DNA of 64,000 nucleotides from an uncultured Rhabdochlamydiaceae bacterium (GCA_963712275.1 CAVQHD010000001.1:1216001-1280000); one strand, 5' to 3'; shown: positions 10,401 to 18,959, numbered from the stretch's first letter. Numbers and translations: made by a program. Notes: a model not told the origin generated them from the sequence alone.

Positions 10401-10787
10401 TGGGAGCAGGCGTTTCAAGAGAGGGGGGCAGAGTCGTTAAATTTTTCCATTGCTTCTTCGATCTCCTCTTTCATTCGAACGGAGGTAGGATTAAAGATAT
10501 CAAAGTGCGCTGTTCGCTCCCATGGAAAGTGGGTGCACGATCTGAAGGCAAGTTGGGTTTATGAAAACAGATATCATGGGCATGACTTAAGTGCCACGTT
10601 CAGGCAAGTCCCTTGTGGGTTTACCGTTCAAGGTCTTTACCCTTCCCGCAGTCTTTTAGATGTTGGCATGGGGCTGACCTTCCTCTTCAAGGAAGACCGC
10701 TTTGCAGCCACCTTGCGATATGAAGGGCAATTTGGCGAGGCGATCACGCTACAGAGCAGCATCGCTCAGCTCCTCATCCGGTTTTGA
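7422..10787 (+). CDS. Autotransporter (type Va) with passenger-associated beta-strand repeats
   Basis: Signal peptide from ATG 7422 (MNKFFLL...); repeated G.G.L.L...N.Y.GGT....G units; C-terminal beta-barrel ending in F. Confidence 0.9.
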   Translation: MNKFFLLTSLLPLSFLFGTTATWNSNVSGSWGTAANWNPATVPNAQGDSAIFPNMPALSVTLDISPTIGSLTLNSTNSYQILSSGSTFLTFSISSGSASITVPNTNTAAQTISAPLTLTSNLLITQNSAAALTLGGVASGGASMTVAGTGTVVLTATNAFSGGLIISGGVVQCGGATVLPLASSVTMSGGILNLNNFAQTIGGLSGTSNVTLGSAALTIMTTGASSYGGQISGTGSVTVGGTGSLTLTAANSYNGGTVVSGGSLILGVNNALNTTGTLTVNTPGVFNLNNFSQTVSLLAGNGSVALGSGVLTIQGANPAVFSGAISGLGSVVQNGSATITFSGANTYGGGTVINGGILQLGASQALPSGGAVAVNGGTFDLHNFSQTVGNLTGAGNVTLGTGQLTVILTSSANFSGVISGGGSVVFQGPFSWTFLTPQTYTGGTTINAGILQMGVPNGLASAAPVAVNFPGTLSLNNNPLAIGSLVGGGVVSLGTGNLTLNTSTTTVFPGQIVGGGQLIVQGTGTQVLTGMNSYSGGTTVSGGATLQGTTSSLQGAIANNGTLFFNQVFAGSYGGPLSGTGVLQVGGGGVLTLSGSPSQSSVSVVGAQLDIAAGSNLTAPTVSIGGGSTLGGGGMITGSVNTAGTINPDPVLTVTGNVTFQPGSTFIADLTPTTSDQLAVSGIVTIQSGSQVVISAARGNYEAETTYPIITSAGGAVVGQFQSFVQSNPFLDIEFIYNRLLPGSVEIDLTITPFFEIIHSGNAGAISKCITFQNLRSDHDLEQLIADLIFLTVDEVKSILEEMQPSELRALTVAEQNNALFAQQAISWRMAEFDRTECEWEASRCHPWNVWASLGGNWTDQRPADHQVGYHSPALAAVLGFDGKIAENLYLGIGVEYGYAELTWRENRGSSRTNRVSAGPYLSWAGRYGYLNGTAWGSYAHFDTTRQIPFFGRKALSTHGGQSLLAHLDGGIVLHPAPRVSLTPFAAIDYIRGWEQAFQERGAESLNFSIASSISSFIRTEVGLKISKCAVRSHGKWVHDLKASWVYENRYHGHDLSATFRQVPCGFTVQGLYPSRSLLDVGMGLTFLFKEDRFAATLRYEGQFGEAITLQSSIAQLLIRF

Positions 10788-12338
10788 GATATAAGGAACG
10801 TAGATGGTTAATATTCCCGTGTCATCAAGAGAAGCCTTGATTCGATCGACATCAACGGCTTTTTTAGGGCGGTACAAAGATCCCACTAGGAACAGCTCCA
10901 TGGGAAGTTCAGAGCGTAGTGTGATATATCCTGTTTTTTTGAGGTCAGGAAATCTCTCTGCCATGTCTCTATGAAGAAGATGGATATGTAACAGGTTTTG
11001 GTCATACACAATGTCAATACGAGGTTTTCCACAGGCGGCGAGTTTTACGCAGTATTCATATTTCTTTTCTCCTTGCCAGAGTATTTTAGGGCTTGGTAAA
11101 TCAGAAGAAATAGGCTGTAAACGGCTCGAATTCAAAGGAACAACGTTATCTGTTCCAAGTTCGATGTATTTGGCTTGAGGAGAAAGGTAAACTCCTGCAA
11201 AAAGATTTTTACCCCATTGGTAATAGTCAAGAGGCACATCTTCATCATCAAAAAAACGATTCGTGGAATAATTTAATTCTTGCTTGCCAGTTTTTAGACA
11301 CTCGTCAACAGAAACCTCCTCAATTCGCCCAGTGATGTACTGATGAAGAAAGGGTGTCAAGGTTAAGACGTAAAGATGGTTTTCTAAAATAAACCAGAGT
11401 TGATTATCAATGCATGCTTGAGAAAAAAGGGAAGAAGGGAGTTCTATCTCTTTAGGTTGTTGGTTGGGAATGTTAATAACACAGCGGTGGATTCGGTCGT
11501 TTGGGTTGACTTTAAGAAAATCTCCACTTAGCAATTGGATTGTTGTGGCAAAAGAGAAAGATTGATCCCTCCCAATGTAATACGTCGTACGCCAAGCGAT
11601 ATGTATTGTTCCTTTGGATGTTGCTTCTTTGTATTGAGAAAGAGCCTGAGTTTGCAGTTTTTCTTCAAGGCTCCTAAAAGGGATAGGTGGAGAGGAGGTT
11701 GTCGCTGAGTCCTCAAAGTTGTCTTGCTCAGAGTATAAATCTTCTTCCTGAGCCTCTTGCGGGGTAGGGGGCTCTTTTTCAGGGCTTATAGAAGAGATGA
11801 GCGGAGGTGCAGTTGTTGCTGAGTCCACACAGTTGTCTTGCACAGAATGTAAGTCTTCTTTCTGAGCCCCTTGTGGGATAGGGAGCTCTTTTGCAGGATT
11901 CATAGAAGAGATGGACGGAGAGGGGGTTGTTGCTGAATCCCCAAAGTTGTCTTGCTCAGAGTATAAATCTTCTTCCTGAGCCTCTTGCGGGGTAGGGGGC
12001 TCTTTTTCAGGGCTCATAGAAGAGGTTATCATTGTGTCCTTGGAACCGTCTTGCGAAAGGCATGGAACTTCTCGCTGAGCCTCTTGCGTAACAGCAGGAG
12101 GATCTTCTTTGGCTGGCGAGAAAATATATCCTAGGAACGTATGGCGCAAAAGAAATTGCCAGAGAGAAGAGAGTGTATCCATCACTTTTTTGTAGGGACT
12201 TTGAGGCTTTTCAAGAGAGCTTAAAGTGCTTTCAGGGTTTTGCTGCGGGGTCGAATGAGGGGTGGAAGGTGTCCAAATGGATTCGGAAGTGGCTTTCACA
12301 ACGGCTGTAAAATATCGATAGATCCCTTCTAGGCTCAT
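10749..12338 (-). CDS. Hypothetical protein with acidic Pro/Ser tandem repeats and a C-terminal Hsp20/alpha-crystallin-like segment
   Basis: ORF track 532 aa (ATG 12338 preferred over TTG 12347); repeats EKEPPTPQEAQEEDLYSEQDN; C-terminus DVDRIKASLDDTGILTIYVP. Confidence 0.7.
   Translation of the reverse strand: MSLEGIYRYFTAVVKATSESIWTPSTPHSTPQQNPESTLSSLEKPQSPYKKVMDTLSSLWQFLLRHTFLGYIFSPAKEDPPAVTQEAQREVPCLSQDGSKDTMITSSMSPEKEPPTPQEAQEEDLYSEQDNFGDSATTPSPSISSMNPAKELPIPQGAQKEDLHSVQDNCVDSATTAPPLISSISPEKEPPTPQEAQEEDLYSEQDNFEDSATTSSPPIPFRSLEEKLQTQALSQYKEATSKGTIHIAWRTTYYIGRDQSFSFATTIQLLSGDFLKVNPNDRIHRCVINIPNQQPKEIELPSSLFSQACIDNQLWFILENHLYVLTLTPFLHQYITGRIEEVSVDECLKTGKQELNYSTNRFFDDEDVPLDYYQWGKNLFAGVYLSPQAKYIELGTDNVVPLNSSRLQPISSDLPSPKILWQGEKKYEYCVKLAACGKPRIDIVYDQNLLHIHLLHRDMAERFPDLKKTGYITLRSELPMELFLVGSLYRPKKAVDVDRIKASLDDTGILTIYVPYISKPDEELSDAAL
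11670..12115 (-). repeat. Intragenic tandem repeat, about four units of ~114 bp (38 aa)
   Basis: AAAGTTGTCTTGCTCAGAGTATAAATCTTCTTCCTGAGCCTCTTGCGGGGTAGGGGGCTCTTTTTCAGGGCT occurs twice exactly, with one diverged unit between and one beyond. Confidence 0.9.
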
Positions 12339-12378
12339 ACTGAACAACTGCTTTTTTGAAGGATCAATTTTATTATTT

Positions 12379-13803
12379 TTACCCTTTAATCACAAGGCCG
12401 GGCGTGAGGCGGGCGACGCGATCGGCAAGCTGCGCCTCCTCGACAGCTTGAACGACTTCGTCGACATCTTTATAGGCGTTGGGCATCTCTGCTTTGACGG
12501 TCTCCTCGGAAGAGGCGAGGACTTTGACTCCTTTAGACGACATATAGTCGAAGACATCTTTACCTTGCCATGCTTTGCTTGATTTAATGCGGCTTAAGGT
12601 GCGGCCGGCTCCATGGCAGGCGGTACACCATGTCAGAGGATTCCCTTTGCCAACCATGAGGTGGCTTGCGCGCCCCATATCTCCTGGCACTAGAACAGGT
12701 TGCCCTGTGGCTTGAAAAAGAGGGGAGAGTTCTTGTGCTTTTGGCCCAAAGGCTCTAGTCGCTCCTTTACGGTGGACGCAAAGGCGGCGGGGCGCTCCAT
12801 CGACAATATGGGTTTCAAACTTGGCGATATTGTGACAGACGTCGTAGAGGAGTTTGATTGTGCGGGGCTGTATTTGGAGGGTTTCGTGAAACGCTTTCCG
12901 GATGGCGTGCAAAATTTGCTGCCGGTTGTTGAAGGCAAAATTGGCAGCAGCTGCCATGGCTTGAAAATAGGTTTGCCCTTCGACGCTTTGAATAGGGGCG
13001 GAAACCAGCTGCGGATCAGGAAGATGGCGCGCAAACCCTTTGTGAAAAAAGAGGTTGAGGGTGTCTTGGCAGATTTGGTGGCCGAAACCTCGAGATCCTG
13101 AATGGATCAAAATGTAGGTCATGCCTTCTTCAACACCCCATTGATTTGCAATGCGGGGGTCGAAGAGCTGCCCGACAGCTCCAATTTCGACGAAGTGATT
13201 GCCAGATCCAATGGAGCCGAGCTGCTCTCGTCCGCGTTGTTTGGCAAGAGATGAAACTACGGAGAGATCGGCTTCTTCAAGCACCCCGCCGCTTTCGATA
13301 TGATCTAAATCCTCGGGAAACCCATATCCCTGTTCAACCGACCAGCGAGCCCCGCGGCGTGTCAGGTTATTGTAATCATCTTCAGAGAGTTGTTTGCCAT
13401 GGTGTCCATGGCCGACTCCAGAGGGTACGCTGGAGAAGATTCGGTGGATCAGCCGCTCTTTTTGATCATGGGAAAGATCTTGGAAGGAGATCGGGGCAAG
13501 GGCAAGCCGGACGCCGCAGTTGATATCATATCCGACGCCTCCGGGGCTAATCACGCCTGTTTCAATGTCCATGGCGGCAACCCCTCCAATTGGAAATCCA
13601 TACCCCCAGTGGATATCGGGCATCGCAATGCTATATCCGATGATGCCGGGAAGGCAAGCGACATTGCGGAGTTGTTTGAGGGGCTCTTCAAGGTCCATCG
13701 TCTGTAAGAGCTGAGATGAGGCAATGATGAGTCCTGGGACAAGCATCCCCCCTTCACGCGGCACTTCATAGGTCGCAGGGGCGATTTTTTTAAGCTTAGA
13801 CAT
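12379..13803 (-). CDS. rtcB: RNA-splicing/repair ligase RtcB
   Basis: PDIHWGYGFPIGG, GVGYDINCG, GSGNHF, HSGSRG, HRKGAT and HGAGR motifs; alternative start 13809. Confidence 0.97.
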   Translation of the reverse strand: MSKLKKIAPATYEVPREGGMLVPGLIIASSQLLQTMDLEEPLKQLRNVACLPGIIGYSIAMPDIHWGYGFPIGGVAAMDIETGVISPGGVGYDINCGVRLALAPISFQDLSHDQKERLIHRIFSSVPSGVGHGHHGKQLSEDDYNNLTRRGARWSVEQGYGFPEDLDHIESGGVLEEADLSVVSSLAKQRGREQLGSIGSGNHFVEIGAVGQLFDPRIANQWGVEEGMTYILIHSGSRGFGHQICQDTLNLFFHKGFARHLPDPQLVSAPIQSVEGQTYFQAMAAAANFAFNNRQQILHAIRKAFHETLQIQPRTIKLLYDVCHNIAKFETHIVDGAPRRLCVHRKGATRAFGPKAQELSPLFQATGQPVLVPGDMGRASHLMVGKGNPLTWCTACHGAGRTLSRIKSSKAWQGKDVFDYMSSKGVKVLASSEETVKAEMPNAYKDVDEVVQAVEEAQLADRVARLTPGLVIKG

Positions 13804-14575
13804 CGACAATCATCGTCCATTCGAGAAGGTGATTCTCTTTTGCGGCAATATTAGCATGGTAGGAGACGGCCTTCAACCCAATTCCCTCGCGCATGTCGAT
13901 TTCGGCAATCCACTGGTTGAGTAGGTGGACAATCTCTTCAAAGGAGTTGCAAGGAGAAAGCTTATCAAGGTAGGAGCGAAAAGCGGGAAAGGAAAATGAT
14001 AAGGCAAGAAGTGCATGATAAGCCAGCTGAGAAAAATTTTGCCCCCGAATTGTGTAAGCAAGATCGGCTGTATGCTCGATCTCCTCAAATGGAGAGATCG
14101 ATGGATCAGTCCAAATCGGAGCATAGGTAGAGTGCCCTAAACTTTTCCAGAGGGCAATGCCTCGAATGAAAAATGGGATTTGGCAGGGGAAATGGCTCCA
14201 CGCCGCAGGATCAAACGGAGCTCTTGCAACTGTGGCATGGGGAAGAAGCTCTTTTTTAAGAGTTTTAAACTGCTCCGATAAGTTTTTTTGATACTCGAAA
14301 AAAGCTTCCTTCTCTTGAAAAAAAGAGGCTTCAGCTGCGACAACTCGAGGAGAGAATGTGGGAAGAAAGATCCATTTTTGAAGAAGTCCTGAAGGTCCTA
14401 TATGCCAAGAGGGACGTGGGATTTGATCGATTTGTTTTAAAATAGCTTCTCGATCGGTCATCCCTAGAAAGGCTATTGTCAGATGCCGAAACTCCTCAGC
14501 GACAATCCGACCTGGAGGAAAGTGAGAAGGCCATGCAGCGGCAAGCTCTGCCGCAAAAAACAACTTTTCTTTCAT
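13796..14575 (-). CDS. Fusion of a 2H phosphoesterase (ThpR/LigT-like) and archease
   Basis: N-half has two HxT motifs (RHLTIAFLG, PHATVAR); C-half has the archease motifs FEEIEHTAD, KAVSYH and terminal IVDV. Confidence 0.85.
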   Translation of the reverse strand: MKEKLFFAAELAAAWPSHFPPGRIVAEEFRHLTIAFLGMTDREAILKQIDQIPRPSWHIGPSGLLQKWIFLPTFSPRVVAAEASFFQEKEAFFEYQKNLSEQFKTLKKELLPHATVARAPFDPAAWSHFPCQIPFFIRGIALWKSLGHSTYAPIWTDPSISPFEEIEHTADLAYTIRGQNFSQLAYHALLALSFSFPAFRSYLDKLSPCNSFEEIVHLLNQWIAEIDMREGIGLKAVSYHANIAAKENHLLEWTMIVDV

Positions 14576-14997
14576 TTGTCAAGGTTTGCCACAGTTAGGC
14601 GGCTGATGGCAATGAGCCGCGCCTGATCGTCCCGGATCTCGATCGACCAGACTTGGGTTGTGCGGCCGATGTGGTAGGGGAATGTTTTGGCTTTCAATAT
14701 TCCTGACTTCATGGGCTTCAAGTGATTGATGTTTAAATCAAGGCCGACACAGGTTTGCCGCTCAGAATCAATGACGCAACTGGCTGCAACACTGGCAAGG
14801 GTTTCTGCAAGGACTGCTGAGGCGCCTCCATGCAAAATGCCCACTGGTTGCAGATGGTGGGATTCAATCGGCATCTCGGCAATCAAATAGTCAGCTCCAA
14901 TTTCTATGAAGACAATCCCCATGTGAGAGACGAGGGAGTTTTCACAGCGGCGCTGAAGATCTTGCAATGTAAACGAAAATTTCCAAATAGGTTTCAT
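14572..14997 (-). CDS. Hotdog-fold thioesterase (MenI/YdiI/PaaI-like)
   Basis: QPVGILHGGASAVLAET, VGLDLNINHLK, GRTTQVW. Confidence 0.9.
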   Translation of the reverse strand: MKPIWKFSFTLQDLQRRCENSLVSHMGIVFIEIGADYLIAEMPIESHHLQPVGILHGGASAVLAETLASVAASCVIDSERQTCVGLDLNINHLKPMKSGILKAKTFPYHIGRTTQVWSIEIRDDQARLIAISRLTVANLDK

Positions 14998-15004
14998 CTT
15001 TTAA

Positions 15005-15118
15005 GAGCCTGTCTACGAAGTTAGGTTTCGTCGTTTTTTGGGATTATTTTTGCCAATTCTTGATCCATTTGTTGGGGATAATATACGAAAGTTGATATTA
15101 CTCCCAACAAATCGATCA
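15005..15118 (+). repeat. Left two-thirds of a family-1 palindromic element
   Basis: Colinear with 25665-25835: GAGCCTGTCT...AGGTTTCGTCG...TAATATACGAAAGTTGATAT...; preceded by TAA. Confidence 0.85.
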
Positions 15119-15176
15119 CCTGATTAAAAAAATAGATTTACAACCTAAAAAAATGTCATTCGTGTAGAATTTAACC

Positions 15177-16139
15177 ATGACGTCATGCACAGAAACAATC
15201 TGCCCTCGTGTCGACATCGCCTTTAAAAAGATCTTTGGCGTTGAAGAGAACAAAGACCTCTTAATCTCGCTTATTAACTCGATTGTAGGACCTAACGATC
15301 AAGTCACCGATGTGACCCTTTTAAACCCTTATAACCCTAAAAATTTTAGAGACGATAAACTTTCCATCTTAGACATCAAAGCCGAAGGCAAAGATGGGAA
15401 ACGATTCAATATCGAAATTCAAATCAGTGATGAAGCCGATTACGATAAAAGAGCCCTCTACTACTGGGCAAAGCTGTATACGGAGCAGCTCAAAGTCACA
15501 GAAGATTACGCTCTATTATCCAAGGCTATCGGAATCCATATCCTCAATTTTACCTCGATTCCTAGAGAGGAAAAATACCACAACGTTTTCCACATCCGAG
15601 AACAAGCGAGCCACCTTCCCTATTTTGAAGATTTAGAACTGCATACCATCGAGCTAAAGAAGTTCTGCAGCAACCGTCAAGAAGAGCTCTCCGATCTGAT
15701 CGTTAAAGTGAAAACGTCACTCGATATGTGGGTCGCTTTTTTAACGCGGCATGATCTGCTCAAAAAAGATCACCTGCCAGCTCCTTTAAACAATCCGTCT
15801 TTGCAAAAAGCCCTCCATGTGCTGGGTGTGATGAACTTTGGCCCTGAAGAGAGAGAAGCGTATGAAGACCATCTTAAATGGCTGAGAATTGAAACGAATG
15901 CCCTAAGGAAATCGAGAGAAGAAGGGATCCGAGAAGGAAAAGAACTTGGAATCCAAGAGGGTAAACAACTTGGAATTCAAGTGGGAATCCAAGAAGGAGA
16001 GAGAAAAAAGAGCTTAGAAGTCGCCCAAAAGATGCTTCTACAAGGATTTTCTATGAAGCAAGTCGTTCAGATCTCTGGACTTTCCGAGTCAGATGTTAAG
16101 ACAGCTTCTAAGCAGCTTGAGAGGAAATCTTCATTCTAA
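15177..16139 (+). CDS. Rpn-family recombination-promoting nuclease / putative transposase (PD-(D/E)XK)
   Basis: PRVDIAFKKIFG, LDIKA...NIEIQ, RALYYWAKLY; C-terminal EGIREGKELGIQEG repeats and SGLS helix. Confidence 0.92.
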   Translation: MTSCTETICPRVDIAFKKIFGVEENKDLLISLINSIVGPNDQVTDVTLLNPYNPKNFRDDKLSILDIKAEGKDGKRFNIEIQISDEADYDKRALYYWAKLYTEQLKVTEDYALLSKAIGIHILNFTSIPREEKYHNVFHIREQASHLPYFEDLELHTIELKKFCSNRQEELSDLIVKVKTSLDMWVAFLTRHDLLKKDHLPAPLNNPSLQKALHVLGVMNFGPEEREAYEDHLKWLRIETNALRKSREEGIREGKELGIQEGKQLGIQVGIQEGERKKSLEVAQKMLLQGFSMKQVVQISGLSESDVKTASKQLERKSSF

Positions 16140-16172
16140 AAGATCCATCATCGATTTTTCTAAAATACCGAT

Positions 16173-17573
16173 TTAACAAATCACCTTTTTGTTATCGATA
16201 GCGCGGCGAAAGGTCTTCCCTAAAAAAATCGCGATGATGAACCAAAGGGCGAGCAGAGGAAACCCAAAAATGCCGCTAAACATTAAGTAGTGGGCGCGGC
16301 CTGCCACAGCTCCAAAGGCTTTTTGCAAAGGCGAGAGGAGCATGTTAAAGAGCGATCCTGCTTCTTTCGAAGCGCGGGAGCCAAAGGTTTCAATCCACGC
16401 TTGCGCTTTGAAACGGACATCAGGAGTGGTCGGGATGTAGAGCTGTTTCAGGGCGGGGCCATTTAAGGCGTAGTTAATCGCTTTGGATCCAACCATTAAA
16501 GCAAATAAAAAGGAAAGGCTATCCAATGTCAAAAAGCCAAAGAGCGCACACCCGACAATCACGGGCATTGCGGCGAGTGCAAAACCAACCCCCAAAAATC
16601 GGGTAATGTTGCTAATTCCAAGAAGTAGGCAGGCAAGAGAGACAATATTGACGCTGGAGGCGTATAAGCTTAGGTAGTGGCTCAGAGCAACGCCGGTAAA
16701 GAGGTGCCCTGCAGCAACTTTAAAGTTGAAATCAAAAATTGTCACCACAACTTCATAGATGAAGTTTGCAGCAAAGATGCCCAATAGATACTTGTGTTTC
16801 AACATCAGCTTGAGCCCTTCTAGAAACCCAGGTTCTTGCTGAGATTCTTCTTTCTTCTCATTTTTTCCATGGAAGGCCGTGAGTAAATGAGAAGGGGTTG
16901 CGCGTAAAAAATACCGAACGAGAGGAATAATCAAAAGTGTAAAAATCCCAAGAAAGACCATGGATAAAGTGTCTGTTGAAAGGCCTAGTCGATGGGGGAG
17001 TCCTCCAATGGTGTAAGGGAAAATGATTCCTCCGATTTGACCGAGCGCGACGACAAAAGGAAATCCCCGTTTAGCAGAGGCCGGCTCTGTTGTGTCGGCT
17101 GCAAACGCCCAAAAGAGGGCAACGACAAGCGATCCAAAACTTTCGACAAAAAGGTACCAGAGGTATCCCAGCACTTTGGTTCCCATCAAGAGCCCAAAGG
17201 ATCTAGCATCGATCACCTCTTTAGGAGCTTGAGCAAAGATCATCAAGATGGCAAAGAACAAGACGGTAATTCCATAGAATGTCGGCAAGATCATGAGCAT
17301 TTTTTCTCTCGAATTTTTCTCGAGAAGCTTAGTGTAAAACATCACAAGAGGAAGGAGAGCAATCACTGAAGCCGTTTTAGCAAAAGGGAGGTGCAGCTTA
17401 TCGACGAGTTGGATGAAAATCGCGTCTTTTAAAGGCCTTAGCGTCCAGTAGACACCGATGATCAAGGCAAAAATAAGCCCCATGCGAAGAAATTTTTTAA
17501 ATTCCTCCTTTTCAAAATGGCCAAAGTTAAATCGGCAGATCCACTGAAAAACACGGAGTAAATAGGCACCCAT
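16173..17573 (-). CDS. Nucleotide transport protein (NTT/TLC, Npt1/Npt2 family)
   Basis: About 12 TM segments; YWTLRPLKD, FWAFA, KAINYALNGPALKQLYIP, KAQAWIETFGSR motifs. Confidence 0.88.
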   Translation of the reverse strand: MGAYLLRVFQWICRFNFGHFEKEEFKKFLRMGLIFALIIGVYWTLRPLKDAIFIQLVDKLHLPFAKTASVIALLPLVMFYTKLLEKNSREKMLMILPTFYGITVLFFAILMIFAQAPKEVIDARSFGLLMGTKVLGYLWYLFVESFGSLVVALFWAFAADTTEPASAKRGFPFVVALGQIGGIIFPYTIGGLPHRLGLSTDTLSMVFLGIFTLLIIPLVRYFLRATPSHLLTAFHGKNEKKEESQQEPGFLEGLKLMLKHKYLLGIFAANFIYEVVVTIFDFNFKVAAGHLFTGVALSHYLSLYASSVNIVSLACLLLGISNITRFLGVGFALAAMPVIVGCALFGFLTLDSLSFLFALMVGSKAINYALNGPALKQLYIPTTPDVRFKAQAWIETFGSRASKEAGSLFNMLLSPLQKAFGAVAGRAHYLMFSGIFGFPLLALWFIIAIFLGKTFRRAIDNKKVIC

Positions 17574-17754
17574 AAAACCTCTCTATATTTTTAATAACTC
17601 AATTATAGCTCCATTGCAATCTATTTGCAGTGTCAATCGACGAGTTTTCACAAAAAAAAAGTAGTTAATGCAGAAATATGGAGATTTTGATAAGCTCCTT
17701 CCTTTTAGGATTCAATTGTTAAGATGAAAATACAAAACATATAGGAGATTTATC

Positions 17755-18192
17755 ATGACAGCAATAGCAGTGGATTATGCAAAAAGTTTCTTGAATGTAG
17801 GTTTAAGGGGAGTGGCAACCGTATCATTCGGACTTGCAGCGACCTATACTTTCGAAGGCGTCTGTAGATTAGTGGAGAAAAGCTACGCTACAGCGAAAGC
17901 TGGGTTAAGGCCCAAAGAAGAAAAAAAGTCCGGATTAATGGATCAATTACTTCGATACAACTTTCGTCCTATAGGGAAAAAGAGAACCGATCTTTATCTT
18001 GTGGCTTCTATTGTTGTCACCGGCTTGGTAGGATACGCAGCGAGTGAGTTAGCCCATTTAGCGGGTCAGCCTGACGCCTTTAATGCAGCTTTAAAATGGG
18101 TTAGCCCATTCCAAATGGGTCCTGGCCGTTTTCCTTTGACTCAATCTGTTCTTGATTTCACGAGCCGTACGATCAGCTGGATTAGAAGCTAA
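17755..18192 (+). CDS. Hypothetical membrane protein
   Basis: 145 aa, AGGAG ribosome-binding site, two hydrophobic segments. Confidence 0.65.
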   Translation: MTAIAVDYAKSFLNVGLRGVATVSFGLAATYTFEGVCRLVEKSYATAKAGLRPKEEKKSGLMDQLLRYNFRPIGKKRTDLYLVASIVVTGLVGYAASELAHLAGQPDAFNAALKWVSPFQMGPGRFPLTQSVLDFTSRTISWIRS

Positions 18193-18230
18193 GCTTGATG
18201 TCTTGAGCTTTCTCCTCGAGGAAGCTCTCT

Positions 18231-18959
18231 CTACGATTTCCCAAGGACGCCTGCCGCGGCTTCATCTGCAATCCAGAGGGCTGGATGGTCAGGCGTTCCG
18301 ACTTTTTGACATGGAAGATGAGGGTCTGAGCTAAAGACATGGGCAAGCATGTCGGCTTTCGGTGCCCCAAAGACATAAAAGACAGTGGCCCAAGCGTCAT
18401 TGAGCGCTTCAAAGGTGAGCGTCATCCTCCAGCTTTTTTTGGAGGGGATGTAGTTTGCAATCACAAGACGATCTGTCGTATGAAGCCCTTCAGTCGAGGG
18501 AAAGAGCGAGGCGGTATGCCCATCTTCTCCCATTCCTAGCATAACAAGGTCAAAGGCTTGTTCATCTAGAACGGTCCGAATTTCGTGCTCATATTTTTGA
18601 GCATTCAATTGAATTTCTTCTTCTGCAACCATTCGGTGAATATGATGGGGTGGAATGGGCATCTTTTCAAATCCTGCTTTCATCGCCATGAAGTAGTTAC
18701 TGTCGGGATGGGTAGGAAGAGCTGCCCGCTCATCACTCCAAAAAAGGTGGACTTTATCCCAGGCAATTTCGGTTGAACAAGGGGGTTGGCAGAGAATCTC
18801 ATAAATCTCTCGAGGGGTGGATCCGCCGGCAAGGGCAACGGCAAAGAATCCATGGTCTGCAATGGCATCTCGGCAAAGAGTGACAAAATGGTCTGCGCAG
18901 TAGTGCAAGGTCGTGTTGTGGTCTCCAGGGACGATCAGTGTAGCGTTAAGGGGGTTCAT
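18231..18959 (-). CDS. pgl: 6-phosphogluconolactonase
   Basis: ALAGGSTP, FWSDER, DSNY, LGMGEDGHTASLFP, RMTLT. Confidence 0.95.
   Translation of the reverse strand: MNPLNATLIVPGDHNTTLHYCADHFVTLCRDAIADHGFFAVALAGGSTPREIYEILCQPPCSTEIAWDKVHLFWSDERAALPTHPDSNYFMAMKAGFEKMPIPPHHIHRMVAEEEIQLNAQKYEHEIRTVLDEQAFDLVMLGMGEDGHTASLFPSTEGLHTTDRLVIANYIPSKKSWRMTLTFEALNDAWATVFYVFGAPKADMLAHVFSSDPHLPCQKVGTPDHPALWIADEAAAGVLGKS

Noticed and set aside
7422..10787. Polymorphic membrane protein (Pmp)
   Set aside because: It lacks repeated GGA(I/L/V) and FxxN pairs; the repeats are of the passenger-associated beta-strand type.
11670..12115. CRISPR array
   Set aside because: The repeats are in-frame coding units without unique spacers; no cas genes or CRISPR array were seen in the window.
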